A stretch of DNA of 64,000 bases from an uncultured Planctomycetia bacterium (lineage in GTDB: Bacteria > Omnitrophota > Gorgyraeia > CAYWPX01): contig CAYWPX010000004.1 of assembly GCA_964460615.1 (NCBI GenBank), positions 83,116 through 147,115 on the forward strand. The letters are read 5' to 3'. Position numbers and translations under genes: made by a program. The notes beneath the pieces were generated by a model. It did not search any database. It saw only the letters and a list, made by a program, of their open reading frames with translations, and was not told the DNA's origin. Of this stretch, positions 18,128-27,880 are shown piece by piece (position 1 is the stretch's first letter; every line of letters starts with the position of its first letter).

Positions 18128-19294
18128 TTAAAAATTAAAGCATCTATTTAATAAATACCCCATTATTATCACCTGTGGAATTGTTATTATCGGTAGCCAT
18201 ATAGCAACCCTCCTTCCGACGTTCGTCCAAAGAAGGCCTATCTCCGTATAATCCGTAACGACCCCTCCCATAAGAAACACAAAGCTATTCCCCAATGCGC
18301 CTGTCTGCCTGTATATTTCAAAAGCAAGCGGAGATGAACCTTCGGAACATACCTCAATTACTGTAGCCAACCCTAAGCAAACAAGTAACCCTATAATAGA
18401 CGGCCCCATAAATTGATGGAAAAAATGGACCGGGATATACGCCCCTGCCATACTTGCAATAAAGGCGCCTAATAAGATCCACCACAACACCATATCTCCT
18501 AAAGAAACTGCGCCTTTAAAAATGCCGTTTAAATCATATTTTATGGTACTGATATTTATTTTTCTATTTTTCAAACGATGCGCCAGGTCTTTTCTTATAG
18601 AAAAATCCTCATCCACAAATACCGTGTTTTTATTCTTCTCTATTAAATTCATCTTTTCAAGCCACATATAGACAAACCCTGTTATTATGGCAATGAGTAT
18701 TGCTGATAAGATAATGAGCAGGCCTTTTATCCCGAAAAACGCAAAAAGCATTACTGTTATGGCGATATTTGCCCAGGGGCTCGCCAATAAAAAACTTATG
18801 ACCGCCGGATTTGAAGCACCTTTTTTATGGATCTGTATGCTAAGCGCTAAGATGCCGTGACTGCAGCTAGACATCAGAAATCCCAGGATGACTGCATTAA
18901 AAATGGTTGATGGAGATCTCTTTGAAAGAACTTTTGAAAAATATTCCCTTGGAATGAAGTGGTCTATCACCCCTCCGAGCGCCAAACCTATTAATACAGC
19001 CCACCAGATCTTATTAAAATAAGTAATAAAGATATTCCTGAAAGGCTCTAAGATAGGCAGTGCAAATGAAGCCAATAGAATCAATAGAATAGAGACTATA
19101 ATAATGAAAAGTTTATTCTTGTAGATGGGCCTTTTCCCGGATTGGCAGGACGGACACGAATCCACAGGGCCTGATTCTTTGATGAATTTTTCGAGGCATC
19201 TGGGGTTACAGAAATAATATTCCAAGCCATCTTTGGTAGCTTTTATGGCATCATTTGGACTAACTTCCATTCCGCAAACAGGGTCTTGGACCAT
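18128..19294 (-). CDS. YHS/TRASH-domain-fused predicted permease (DUF318/ArsP-like)
   Basis: N-terminal DPVCGMEV...YYFCNPRC YHS domain then ~8 TM helices. Confidence 0.65.
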   Translation of the reverse strand: MVQDPVCGMEVSPNDAIKATKDGLEYYFCNPRCLEKFIKESGPVDSCPSCQSGKRPIYKNKLFIIIVSILLILLASFALPILEPFRNIFITYFNKIWWAVLIGLALGGVIDHFIPREYFSKVLSKRSPSTIFNAVILGFLMSSCSHGILALSIQIHKKGASNPAVISFLLASPWANIAITVMLFAFFGIKGLLIILSAILIAIITGFVYMWLEKMNLIEKNKNTVFVDEDFSIRKDLAHRLKNRKINISTIKYDLNGIFKGAVSLGDMVLWWILLGAFIASMAGAYIPVHFFHQFMGPSIIGLLVCLGLATVIEVCSEGSSPLAFEIYRQTGALGNSFVFLMGGVVTDYTEIGLLWTNVGRRVAIWLPIITIPQVIIMGYLLNRCFNF

Positions 19295-19390
19295 ATAATT
19301 CAGCTCTTGGCTCTTGGCTCATGGCTAGAGCTCATAACAAATAAGAAAACTAAAAACAATCCTATGAACTATGAGCTATGAACTAAATTG

Positions 19391-20356
19391 TTAATGACTT
19401 GAAAGTTTTTTAATTCTTTTAAGCATATTAGGATGTGTGCTGAATATCTCCATAAGCTTTTCGCCAAAATTCAGTTTCACTTCTTTTGAACGAATAGCAA
19501 TAAGCTCTGACTGGTCTATGGTGCCGCTTCCGTCTAAATCAAGTTCTCTTAGCTCTCTTAACTCCGTAAGACTGGTGGCAGGATCATTTACAAAAAACGC
19601 CCTGGCGCCTTCTACCTCTTTTATCGAGTCTCTGTCAGCTCTTGCCGAACCATAAACAAGTTTATACAATGCTGAGGCAAGTGTATGGGGAGAGTTGCCT
19701 AATTCCACAGAACCCTTATCTGCAAAATACTCCCTTATCCTTGAAGCATATAAAACAAGAAGATTTGTAATAAAATAAAACAAAAATGCCGCCAAACCTA
19801 CCAAAAAAAGGTTCCCGGAATCTTTCCTGTCACCACCACGGGAAAACATCATACCCCAGAAGATCCTGTAAAGTATCATAGGTATTACTGATAAAAGCGT
19901 AATGGTAAGGACATCTCTATTTTTCAAATGCGACATCTCATGGCCAAGTACCGCCCTGAGCTCGTCTTCCTTTAAAAGCCTCATAATACCTTCTGTAACG
20001 CATATCCTTCCGTCGCTTTTCCATCTTCCGAACGCAAATGCGTTCGGTATGGATATCTGCGCAATGCCGATTTTCGGCTTAGGCATTCCTGCCTGACGGG
20101 CAAGTTCATCTATCATATGGTGAAGTTTGGGATTTTCAGACTCGCTCAAATATTTTACATGCATAGTCCATTCTATAAGTTTCGGGCCTACCATATACTG
20201 GATAAATAGCATAACAAACGAAACAATAAGATAGAAATAAAAATTTGATATACCCATTGAATAGCATACGGCTGTCACAATTCCGTATACTATGGCAAAC
20301 ATTACGGACATCAGTATCCACATCTTTAATTTTAACATAAACATATAAACCCCCAA
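19391..20356 (-). CDS. M48 zinc metalloprotease (HtpX-like) with C-terminal EF-hand-like loop
   Basis: LGHEMSHLKNRD HExxH zincin motif, 4 TM; DLDGSGTIDQSE canonical EF-hand loop. Confidence 0.8.
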   Translation of the reverse strand: MGVYMFMLKLKMWILMSVMFAIVYGIVTAVCYSMGISNFYFYLIVSFVMLFIQYMVGPKLIEWTMHVKYLSESENPKLHHMIDELARQAGMPKPKIGIAQISIPNAFAFGRWKSDGRICVTEGIMRLLKEDELRAVLGHEMSHLKNRDVLTITLLSVIPMILYRIFWGMMFSRGGDRKDSGNLFLVGLAAFLFYFITNLLVLYASRIREYFADKGSVELGNSPHTLASALYKLVYGSARADRDSIKEVEGARAFFVNDPATSLTELRELRELDLDGSGTIDQSELIAIRSKEVKLNFGEKLMEIFSTHPNMLKRIKKLSSH

Positions 20357-20486
20357 TTTGGCTTAGCTTGCCCCAGGCAAGCAAGGCTCCAGGCTCCAGG
20401 GCAAAATCTTTTTAATAAATTAACCTTAATTTATACTTGGCTTACTTTGTTTATTTATTCTATCATAATTAAGAAACCCAGGCAAG

Positions 20487-20520
20487 CAAAAGCCCCATCT
20501 AAAAAGATAGGGGCTTTTGT
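20487..20520 (-). terminator. terminator after the 1021-aa secreted protein gene
   Basis: AGCCCC..GGGGCT stem then UUUUG. Confidence 0.5.
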
Positions 20521-20543
20521 TAAATTTATACTATTCGATTTTT

Positions 20544-23500
20544 TTAAAACGAATTAGGGCCGCCGTAAACGCCCATATCGTTTCTAGTGCTATCTATGTC
20601 ATTATATTCCGCTAAAGGATTCCCGGTATTTTTGCACGGTGATGTTGATTGAAGGTGATAGTTAGCGTCAGAAAATAAGGGATTTGTGCTCAATGAATTA
20701 GGCCCCGGATTGCAATCCCCGTATTCTGGCTGGCCTAATCCGGCAGTATTATTCCATATATTATTATAATCGACTTCATACCCTGCGCCGTTATTCCAAC
20801 CTTTTACACCTCCTCCATACTGACTCGCATAATTATTTACTATAATATTATTAAAAATCTTCGCACTTGAATTAACATAGTATATTCCACCGCCCTGAGA
20901 AATCCCGCTATTATTTTTTATCACATTATTAATTATCCTTGGGTTACCGCCATTTCCATTTATCCCTCCTACGTTCCCCTCAATAATATTATTAAGAATT
21001 AAAGGGCTAGAGCTATACATATATATCCCTATCCACCCATTATTCTTTATAATATTATTTTTTATTGTCGGAGTGCCGCTGGAAGAACCGGAAATACCGG
21101 TACCGCTTGTATTTGTAACTGTGAATCCTTCTATGATGTTATTATTTTGGCCATTAGCCAATATTATTCCACCGTTAATTGTAGTAAGGCTTGCTCCCCC
21201 AACGCTTTTCAGATTTACATTTAATTTAAGATCTATGGAACCGGTGTAAATTCCTGGTGAGACTAAAACAGTGTCCCCTCCTATAGCCGCATTAACCGCA
21301 GACTGAATGGTAGAATACTCGAGGGGAACTCTCAGATACCGTTTTGCAATATTAAAAGTTACTGTATCGTAATACCCGTTTGAGGTTGTAGCAGTTACAG
21401 TGGATTGGCCTTCTGAAATTCCCGTTACGCGCGTGTACCCGACATTGCCTCCAGCAATAGTCCCATTAGAGTTATCGATATCCCAAGTACATGGCGCATA
21501 ACCAATGATCTGTCCGGAACTGTTATATGCCCTGGCAAAGAGGTTCTTTGTGTGTTGTATATAAACAGTTGTCCCGTTTGGGATCTCAACATCATTGCCG
21601 TCGACAATTATTATATGGTGGATATCCGCCATGTTTATACCAAGATAAAAATTCTTCATCGAATTTTCAGCGTCTTTATTCTGCGGAGTATATTCCTTTC
21701 TATTAAGCCCTGTTGTTCCCGCAATCGGATCGCATAACCAGTCCCAGACGAATACGCCAAAAAACCACGGCTTATTCTGTAACGCCATAAACATAGCATC
21801 ATAGCATCTTTTTTGTAAGACCCAATTTTCTGCTAGCGGGACACCATTTAAATCCGAGGTGCCTTTCCATGGACAGTAAGAAGAGGTATTAACGCTGCAA
21901 TATCCCATTTCCGTAAAAATAATCTGCTTGTTGCCGTTTTTACTAGACCACTGAGCAAGCTTATCAACGATTTTACCGTCTACAGGAGAATTATACCAAC
22001 CGTCAACGAGAGTATCGAGGCCGGGATTTGCAATGTTAGTTGTAGTCGAAAGATACGGCCCTATGCCAAGATAATCGCATAAATTCCAGAATGTAATGTT
22101 GTCATACTCATTCGGAATATTTGAAGAAAAAGTGATTTTCCCTGTGTATCTGGATCTGATATTATTTATAACATCGATCCACTTTGCATTATAAGTTGTG
22201 CTTGTCATACTGGGCAGTTCCGTGCCGAAACATAAGATATCTACGCCATTCGCCTGGCATAGATCCGCATAGTGATTTACAAATTGAATATAATTATTAA
22301 ACCAGACATTCTTATCGCTAGGGTTAATATACCCCGCCCATTTATCAGACCATGGGCTTTCACTCACGATCGTCCTTATATGAAGCTTGAGCATGACTTT
22401 TCTTCCCAAGCTTTTAGCCGCAACTATGGCATGTATTAAATCAGCATCGCTTGGAGTCTTTGTAGCATGGCTATAAATAACATTGGATGTAGAATATTCT
22501 CCTCCATCCATATACCACGATCCAAGTAGGCCCACCCACTCTGCGCCTGTTTTCGCCAGATTTATCAAAGACTGGCCGCTTGATGCCCACTGATACTCCC
22601 CGTTCCACCAAGAAGCAAAAATTACGCCCTCAATAGGATAATTTTTTATCCCAAGAGGCGCGTCAATAGTAAGAGTCGCCATAAAAGGCATCATAGAATT
22701 ATTTCTCAATGTCGCAACTCCAGAATAACTCTTAAAATTTGCTTTTGAAGCTTTAATAATATATGTCCCGTCCAGCCAGGTATCAACAAGTACATCAAAA
22801 TGGCCGTTTGCGCCCGAGACTGCCGAGGCAAGAACCTGAGTTCTCTGCAAATTCCATATCTCGACACTGGCGCCCTGTGATTGGATAGTCTCATTAGTAA
22901 GGGTTTTTTCGTAGATAGTTCCGTATATAACGGTTTTCTGGACATTAGTAATGATATTCTCCGATTTGACATTAATGCCATCGGTTGCTTCAAAAGTCAT
23001 CGGATAACTGCCTGCCTGGCCGTGTTCCGGCTTCCAGTTAAAGGAACCTGTGCTAGAGTCAAAGCTGGCTCCGGAAGGAAGCTGAGATGCGCTAAGTTTA
23101 ACATTTGATCCTTTGGCTGCAACAGTAAAATTAAGAACCTGGTCTTCAAAAACCGATTTATTACCTATGGGAAGAAGCGAGAGTTCTTCGGAAACTTTAA
23201 TTGATACTAATTTTGATCTTTCGCCAAAAAGCCCTAGGCCGTCTTTTTTCATCTGCCACTCGAAATTATAATTACCAGGAATTTGGGGGGCTGTTATCTG
23301 AAAAACAAATTTTTTTGTTTGGCCTGGTAAAATAATATCCTTATTGGACATTGGGATCTTGCCGACATTCCATAAGTTATATATTGGGATAAGTTTAAAG
23401 GAACTTGCGGGTAACCAGGGAAGCTTTCCTGAATTTTTAAATGTAATAGAGACATCATAAACTTTTCCCGCTATCAGGGTATCCGGAATGTTTTGAGAGA

Positions 23501-23609
23501 TAAATTGGGAATTATTAAGCTGTATCGGGATGCCCATTGCAAAAGAAAGCGGCTGGACACTAAGTAAGCAAATGATAGAAATTACTAAAATTGGTATAAC
23601 GGATTTCAT
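20544..23609 (-). CDS. large secreted multidomain protein: Ig/CARDB-like N-terminus, glycoside-hydrolase-like TIM-barrel region, C-terminal parallel beta-helix repeats
   Basis: 1021 aa; signal peptide; central region with conserved acidic/aromatic glycosidase-like motifs (FGTELP); C-terminal NNIIxxN.. repeats typical of right-handed beta-helix. Confidence 0.55.
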   Translation of the reverse strand: MKSVIPILVISIICLLSVQPLSFAMGIPIQLNNSQFISQNIPDTLIAGKVYDVSITFKNSGKLPWLPASSFKLIPIYNLWNVGKIPMSNKDIILPGQTKKFVFQITAPQIPGNYNFEWQMKKDGLGLFGERSKLVSIKVSEELSLLPIGNKSVFEDQVLNFTVAAKGSNVKLSASQLPSGASFDSSTGSFNWKPEHGQAGSYPMTFEATDGINVKSENIITNVQKTVIYGTIYEKTLTNETIQSQGASVEIWNLQRTQVLASAVSGANGHFDVLVDTWLDGTYIIKASKANFKSYSGVATLRNNSMMPFMATLTIDAPLGIKNYPIEGVIFASWWNGEYQWASSGQSLINLAKTGAEWVGLLGSWYMDGGEYSTSNVIYSHATKTPSDADLIHAIVAAKSLGRKVMLKLHIRTIVSESPWSDKWAGYINPSDKNVWFNNYIQFVNHYADLCQANGVDILCFGTELPSMTSTTYNAKWIDVINNIRSRYTGKITFSSNIPNEYDNITFWNLCDYLGIGPYLSTTTNIANPGLDTLVDGWYNSPVDGKIVDKLAQWSSKNGNKQIIFTEMGYCSVNTSSYCPWKGTSDLNGVPLAENWVLQKRCYDAMFMALQNKPWFFGVFVWDWLCDPIAGTTGLNRKEYTPQNKDAENSMKNFYLGINMADIHHIIIVDGNDVEIPNGTTVYIQHTKNLFARAYNSSGQIIGYAPCTWDIDNSNGTIAGGNVGYTRVTGISEGQSTVTATTSNGYYDTVTFNIAKRYLRVPLEYSTIQSAVNAAIGGDTVLVSPGIYTGSIDLKLNVNLKSVGGASLTTINGGIILANGQNNNIIEGFTVTNTSGTGISGSSSGTPTIKNNIIKNNGWIGIYMYSSSPLILNNIIEGNVGGINGNGGNPRIINNVIKNNSGISQGGGIYYVNSSAKIFNNIIVNNYASQYGGGVKGWNNGAGYEVDYNNIWNNTAGLGQPEYGDCNPGPNSLSTNPLFSDANYHLQSTSPCKNTGNPLAEYNDIDSTRNDMGVYGGPNSF

Positions 23610-23635
23610 GGCTTCTCCTTTTTTATGCTTCTATT

Positions 23636-23679
23636 ACAAATAAAAAATCCAATTATCATTCTAAGTCGATAATTGGATT
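23636..23679 (-). terminator. terminator/attenuator hairpin 27 nt upstream of the 1021-aa gene start
   Basis: 12-bp perfect stem AATCCAATTATC..GATAATTGGATT followed by UUUUUAUUU on minus strand. Confidence 0.45.
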
Positions 23680-23824
23680 GGTTTATAGTATATTACTTTA
23701 GCTCTATATATCATGTTCTACCGTTTATTCGGTTTTATTAATCTGTTTCTAAGTAGATATTATGATACTATAGGCCATATATTATATCAAATGAATTATC
23801 TAGATTTTTTGTATCCTAACAAAC

Positions 23825-24058
23825 CTAATCAACTTGTTTTTTTCTAAAAAAAGTAGCTTTTACCCAGCTCCAGTTCAAATATAAGTGTATCAATATCAAT
23901 AAGGATAGCAAAAAACCGTTATATTCATGCACTTCTCCGATAAATCCCATTATTTTTTTGAATAAATGGAACGCCAGTATGATGCCTGTTGAGATCTGTA
24001 TAATTGCTGATACAAAAAGAATAGGATTTACTATCTTAAGCGCCTTTTGCTTATCCAT
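23825..24058 (-). CDS. small membrane protein, hypothetical
   Basis: 77 aa, two hydrophobic helices. Confidence 0.4.
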   Translation of the reverse strand: MDKQKALKIVNPILFVSAIIQISTGIILAFHLFKKIMGFIGEVHEYNGFLLSLLILIHLYLNWSWVKATFFRKKQVD

Positions 24059-24114
24059 ATTTACCTCTCGTCTGGTTTTTTGTCTGAATTCTATTCTCTT
24101 TTATCTGTCTTCTG

Positions 24115-25236
24115 TTAGCTCTTCTCAAACGGCCTTGCAAATAGATACCCCTGGCCGTATTCGATACCTAATTTTAAAAGCGTTTCATGCTCCTGCGGTG
24201 TTTCTATACCTTCGGCGATAATATGGCTATTTAATTTGATGGCTATATCCCTGATAACGCTAACAAGGCTCTGTTTAATATCATCTGTGTCAATGTTTCT
24301 TACTAAAGATATATCGATTTTCAGGAATTTCGGCTTTAATTCTGCTATTGCCTTGAGGCTGGAATACCCCTCTCCGACATCGTCTATGGCAATCTGGATG
24401 CCCTGTGATTTAAAATATTCAAGACCCGTCTTAAGGCTTGAAAAATTTTTTATGCAGGTTCGTTCTGTGATCTCAAAACAAAGTTGCCGAGGTGTTACCA
24501 ATGAATCTTTTAGGAATTCCAATTTTTCAAATCCCTCGGTATCTATTACCAGAGGATCTGTATTCATAAATAACAACTGGTCTTTCGTCAAAAAATCGGC
24601 TTTTTTTGCACCAAGCGACCTGCAGAGAGAATCCAGTGCAAAAAACATATTGCTGTCGCTGGCTACATTAAATAGATCGATGGGGCTTTCGAGGATATTT
24701 CCTTTCGGGCCTCGGCTTAGGGACTCAAAACCTATAGGCTCTTTGGTCTTTAAATCAACTATCGGCTGATAAAATGGTCTGATTAATTTTTCATCAATAA
24801 TTTTTCTTAGCTCCATTATTCTTTTGTTTCTCTCTTCACTTGCCTGAGAGCTTGTCTCCGGTGAAGCCTGCCTTATGATCGCCTTGATCCTGGCAAGTAT
24901 CTCTTCCAAGGGGAAATGCTTTCCTATATAATCTACGACACCTATCTCAAGCGCTTCTACCTTATCCAATGTTGCATCCTGGGAAGTAAGCATGACTACC
25001 GGTATCGCCTTTGTCTCTTCTTTTTCCTTAAGGTGTTTACAGGTCTCATGACCGTTCATTAACGGCATATTAAGGTCTAAAAGTATAAGATCCGGTTTTA
25101 AAAGTGCTTTTTCCAAACCCTCCACTCCTCGTGATGCTGTTATGACCCTGAAATTTGACGCTTCCAGAAAAAGCTTCATTATCTCGGTGAAATCCGGGCT
25201 GTCATCTATGAGAAGTATAAGTTTTTTATTTTCCAT
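24115..25236 (-). CDS. response-regulator receiver plus EAL domain (c-di-GMP phosphodiesterase)
   Basis: LLIDDS...DLNMP receiver; FEITE EAL active-site block. Confidence 0.85.
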   Translation of the reverse strand: MENKKLILLIDDSPDFTEIMKLFLEASNFRVITASRGVEGLEKALLKPDLILLDLNMPLMNGHETCKHLKEKEETKAIPVVMLTSQDATLDKVEALEIGVVDYIGKHFPLEEILARIKAIIRQASPETSSQASEERNKRIMELRKIIDEKLIRPFYQPIVDLKTKEPIGFESLSRGPKGNILESPIDLFNVASDSNMFFALDSLCRSLGAKKADFLTKDQLLFMNTDPLVIDTEGFEKLEFLKDSLVTPRQLCFEITERTCIKNFSSLKTGLEYFKSQGIQIAIDDVGEGYSSLKAIAELKPKFLKIDISLVRNIDTDDIKQSLVSVIRDIAIKLNSHIIAEGIETPQEHETLLKLGIEYGQGYLFARPFEKS

Positions 25237-25503
25237 CTATCGCTTTCCACTAAATTTAAGTTCAACAAGTTTGGCGCTTACGCCGCTTATTGAATTTAGT
25301 TTTTTTTCTATTTCTTTTCTTTTGGACTTTGTACCCACAAGCTCAAGGATTATGAGCCCGGTATCGGAGCATCTATCAAGCACCCCGTCATGTATCCCAA
25401 GCCTTGTCTTAATATAACAGCCTTCTTTGGTAAATATCTTCTGCACTTTTGAAATAACCGAACGCCTCTGGGTTATGCTGATCACCAATACACCTTTATC
25501 CAT
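25237..25503 (-). CDS. small ACT-like domain protein (possibly TM1266-type iron-only hydrogenase system regulator family)
   Basis: 88 aa beta-alpha-beta-beta-alpha-beta pattern; abuts REC-EAL gene; family assignment tentative. Confidence 0.35.
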   Translation of the reverse strand: MDKGVLVISITQRRSVISKVQKIFTKEGCYIKTRLGIHDGVLDRCSDTGLIILELVGTKSKRKEIEKKLNSISGVSAKLVELKFSGKR

Positions 25504-25535
25504 TCGGCACCTCCTATGATATGAAGCTTTTTTTG

Positions 25536-26021
25536 TTACACAAGTTTTTCCATAGTCACAATTTCAAGCATCGTCCCCTCGGTAGAAATTTGCCTTGAAG
25601 CAATCTTTTTGAACCGGCATTTATTGTAAAAACCGATCGCTTTTATGTTCAGGTTATCGACATCTACCCGTATAGAAGAACTTAACCTGCCGGCATCTTT
25701 CAAAAGACCATTTATGAGCGCTTTCGCTATGCCTCGATTCTGATGGCTTTCTCTAACAAACAAATTATTTATAAAAAGAACTTTTTCTTTTTTAAGAGTG
25801 GCCCTGATAAAACCTATAATATCGGCGTTATCCTTGGTGATATTGATAAATTTGTCCCGGTTTCCCAATTCTTTTTCTATAAAATCACTGCTAAAACCGG
25901 TATAATATATTTTATCTATGGCGGAGGATTTCTGGGCATCAAAAATAGCCAAAGATAACAACTCTTTGAGTTTATATACCTCTTCTATCTTCAATCTTTC
26001 TATGGTAACCATACGGGTCAT
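25536..26021 (-). CDS. GNAT family N-acetyltransferase
   Basis: HQNRGIAKALINGL acetyl-CoA binding motif. Confidence 0.7.
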   Translation of the reverse strand: MTRMVTIERLKIEEVYKLKELLSLAIFDAQKSSAIDKIYYTGFSSDFIEKELGNRDKFINITKDNADIIGFIRATLKKEKVLFINNLFVRESHQNRGIAKALINGLLKDAGRLSSSIRVDVDNLNIKAIGFYNKCRFKKIASRQISTEGTMLEIVTMEKLV

Positions 26022-27013
26022 TAGTTGTGGCTGGGTTTGGTGATATTGTACTCCTCATCCTTAAGCTTTTCAATAAGTTTAATAAGCTCTCTCTCTTTTT
26101 TCGCATAACAAACTTTTTCCCTGAGATGGCGGACATTGCTGAAACCTGCCGTATACCAGGTAAAGAATTTCCTAAAAACCAAAACTCCGTTCCTTTCCCC
26201 GTAAAATTTAATAGCCAAGCCGAGGTGCTCGAGCATTATCTTAATGACCTCAGCTCTGGGAGGCTTAGGCAAAATAACATTATTTTTTAAATAATGATCT
26301 ATCTCCTTGAATATCCAGGGATTCCCCAATGCGCCTCTGGCTACCACTACTCCGTCACATCCTGTCTCATCAAGCATCTTTTTGGCTAATGGCGCCGAGA
26401 ATACATTGCCGCTTCCAAATACCGGAATCCCAACGGCATCTTTGACCATCTTTATGGTTTTATAGTCAACATCTCCGGCATAATCCTGCACTCTTGTGCG
26501 GCCATGGATAAAAAGCGCTTTAACGCCGGCATCCTCAGCTATTAGAGCGATATCTTTGGCATTTACAGAGTTTATATCCCAGCCTGTCCTTATCTTTATG
26601 GTAACGGGAATTTTAGAATTACTGACTACAATATTTAAAAGCTTAGATAGCTTTTTGGGGTCTTTTAAAAGCGCAGCGCCTTCTTTGCGGCTGACAACCT
26701 TCTTTTTCGGGCATGCGGCATTAAAATCGAGTATATCAAAATTGTATTTAGCCATAATATCTACGGCCTTTTTCACATATTCTTCTTCACACCCCAACAA
26801 TTGCGCCCCCAGAGGAGAATCATTTTCCCCCGGGGTAAGCAACTCCATGGTCTTTTTGCTTTTATAGCAGACTGAGCGGGCATTGAGCATCTCTACAAAA
26901 GCCAGTTCACATCCTAATTTTCTGGAGATAGTCCTGAACGGAAGGTCGCCGACGCTAGCCATCGGAGCCAACACATACGGGCGGGATAATTTTACTTGGC
27001 CTATTTTTATCAT
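26021..27013 (-). CDS. dusB: tRNA-dihydrouridine synthase
   Basis: LAPMASVGDLPFR FMN TIM-barrel start, catalytic Cys (NAACP), C-terminal helical domain; 330 aa. Confidence 0.85.
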   Translation of the reverse strand: MIKIGQVKLSRPYVLAPMASVGDLPFRTISRKLGCELAFVEMLNARSVCYKSKKTMELLTPGENDSPLGAQLLGCEEEYVKKAVDIMAKYNFDILDFNAACPKKKVVSRKEGAALLKDPKKLSKLLNIVVSNSKIPVTIKIRTGWDINSVNAKDIALIAEDAGVKALFIHGRTRVQDYAGDVDYKTIKMVKDAVGIPVFGSGNVFSAPLAKKMLDETGCDGVVVARGALGNPWIFKEIDHYLKNNVILPKPPRAEVIKIMLEHLGLAIKFYGERNGVLVFRKFFTWYTAGFSNVRHLREKVCYAKKERELIKLIEKLKDEEYNITKPSHN

Positions 27014-27022
27014 CTTAGCCTA

Positions 27023-27790
27023 TTAATTTGAAATTAACTCTAAGGATGATTTTTTAACCCATCCTGTTTTACCGTCATATCGAATTACTTTAGACCAAGA
27101 ATTTGAGTTTTCAATAACCTCCACTACGCTCCCCTGCGGGATCGCAAAAAAATTCGTAGCGCCGTCAATAGGTTCAAATTTGGCGGACACATTATCTAAG
27201 AGTACTACAGCGTCATTCTTTAAATGAACGGCCTTTTCATAAAAAACATACACTCCTAAAGACAAAAATAACAGCAAGATGACCGTTACTAAGCGCGACA
27301 CCTTGGCAAATCTGATAAAATATACCCCTAAAATAAAAACAAACACAGTAAGGATATAGAGAATAAAAAGAAAAATTGTTAAACCATCGATAGAAAAAAT
27401 CCCTGAGATCCTGGATAGTATTTTTTCGTACCAAATCATCGTATTATATTCATCGTGAAGGCCTAAGACCCCTTTTAAATATTCATAATTAGAATTTAGT
27501 TCGGGGTCGTTCGGCATAAGGCGTTTTGCTCGGATATAATATAATGCGGCTTTACCGAAATCACTTTTTTTAAAATACGCATTGCCGATATTATAATAAA
27601 GATTGCCTGATTCAAAGCCGTTTGATAGGATTTTTTCGTATTCTTTTATAGCATCAGCGTATTTCCCCTCCTGATACAAAAGGTTTCCCCTGAAAAATAG
27701 CGATGTCGGGGTATCTTCATTTTCATCAGCAAAACTGACAGAAATAAAAACTAACAGGAAGAATATCACAAATATTATTTTTTTACCCAT
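27023..27790 (-). CDS. batE: BatE-like protein (TPR repeats plus C-terminal SH3b domain)
   Basis: signal peptide, TPR region, TM segments, C-terminal SH3-like; last gene of Bat operon. Confidence 0.55.
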   Translation of the reverse strand: MGKKIIFVIFFLLVFISVSFADENEDTPTSLFFRGNLLYQEGKYADAIKEYEKILSNGFESGNLYYNIGNAYFKKSDFGKAALYYIRAKRLMPNDPELNSNYEYLKGVLGLHDEYNTMIWYEKILSRISGIFSIDGLTIFLFILYILTVFVFILGVYFIRFAKVSRLVTVILLLFLSLGVYVFYEKAVHLKNDAVVLLDNVSAKFEPIDGATNFFAIPQGSVVEVIENSNSWSKVIRYDGKTGWVKKSSLELISN

Positions 27791-27880
27791 TACTTTTTCC
27801 TTAATTTTATCGTAGTAAAGCTTGTTTCTTTGCTATGAGCCCTGCCTGCCGGCAGGCAGGTATGAGCTAAACCGCAGCGG

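Noticed and set aside
24236-24769. 177-aa plus-strand ORF
   Set aside because: Antisense to the REC-EAL gene, Ser/Leu-rich composition typical of antisense frames.
27820-27880. CRISPR array possibility from repeated CTATGAGC/GC-hairpin units
   Set aside because: Units are 7-nt tandem or single inverted copies without regular repeat-spacer periodicity, and no cas genes; these are hairpin elements, not CRISPR.
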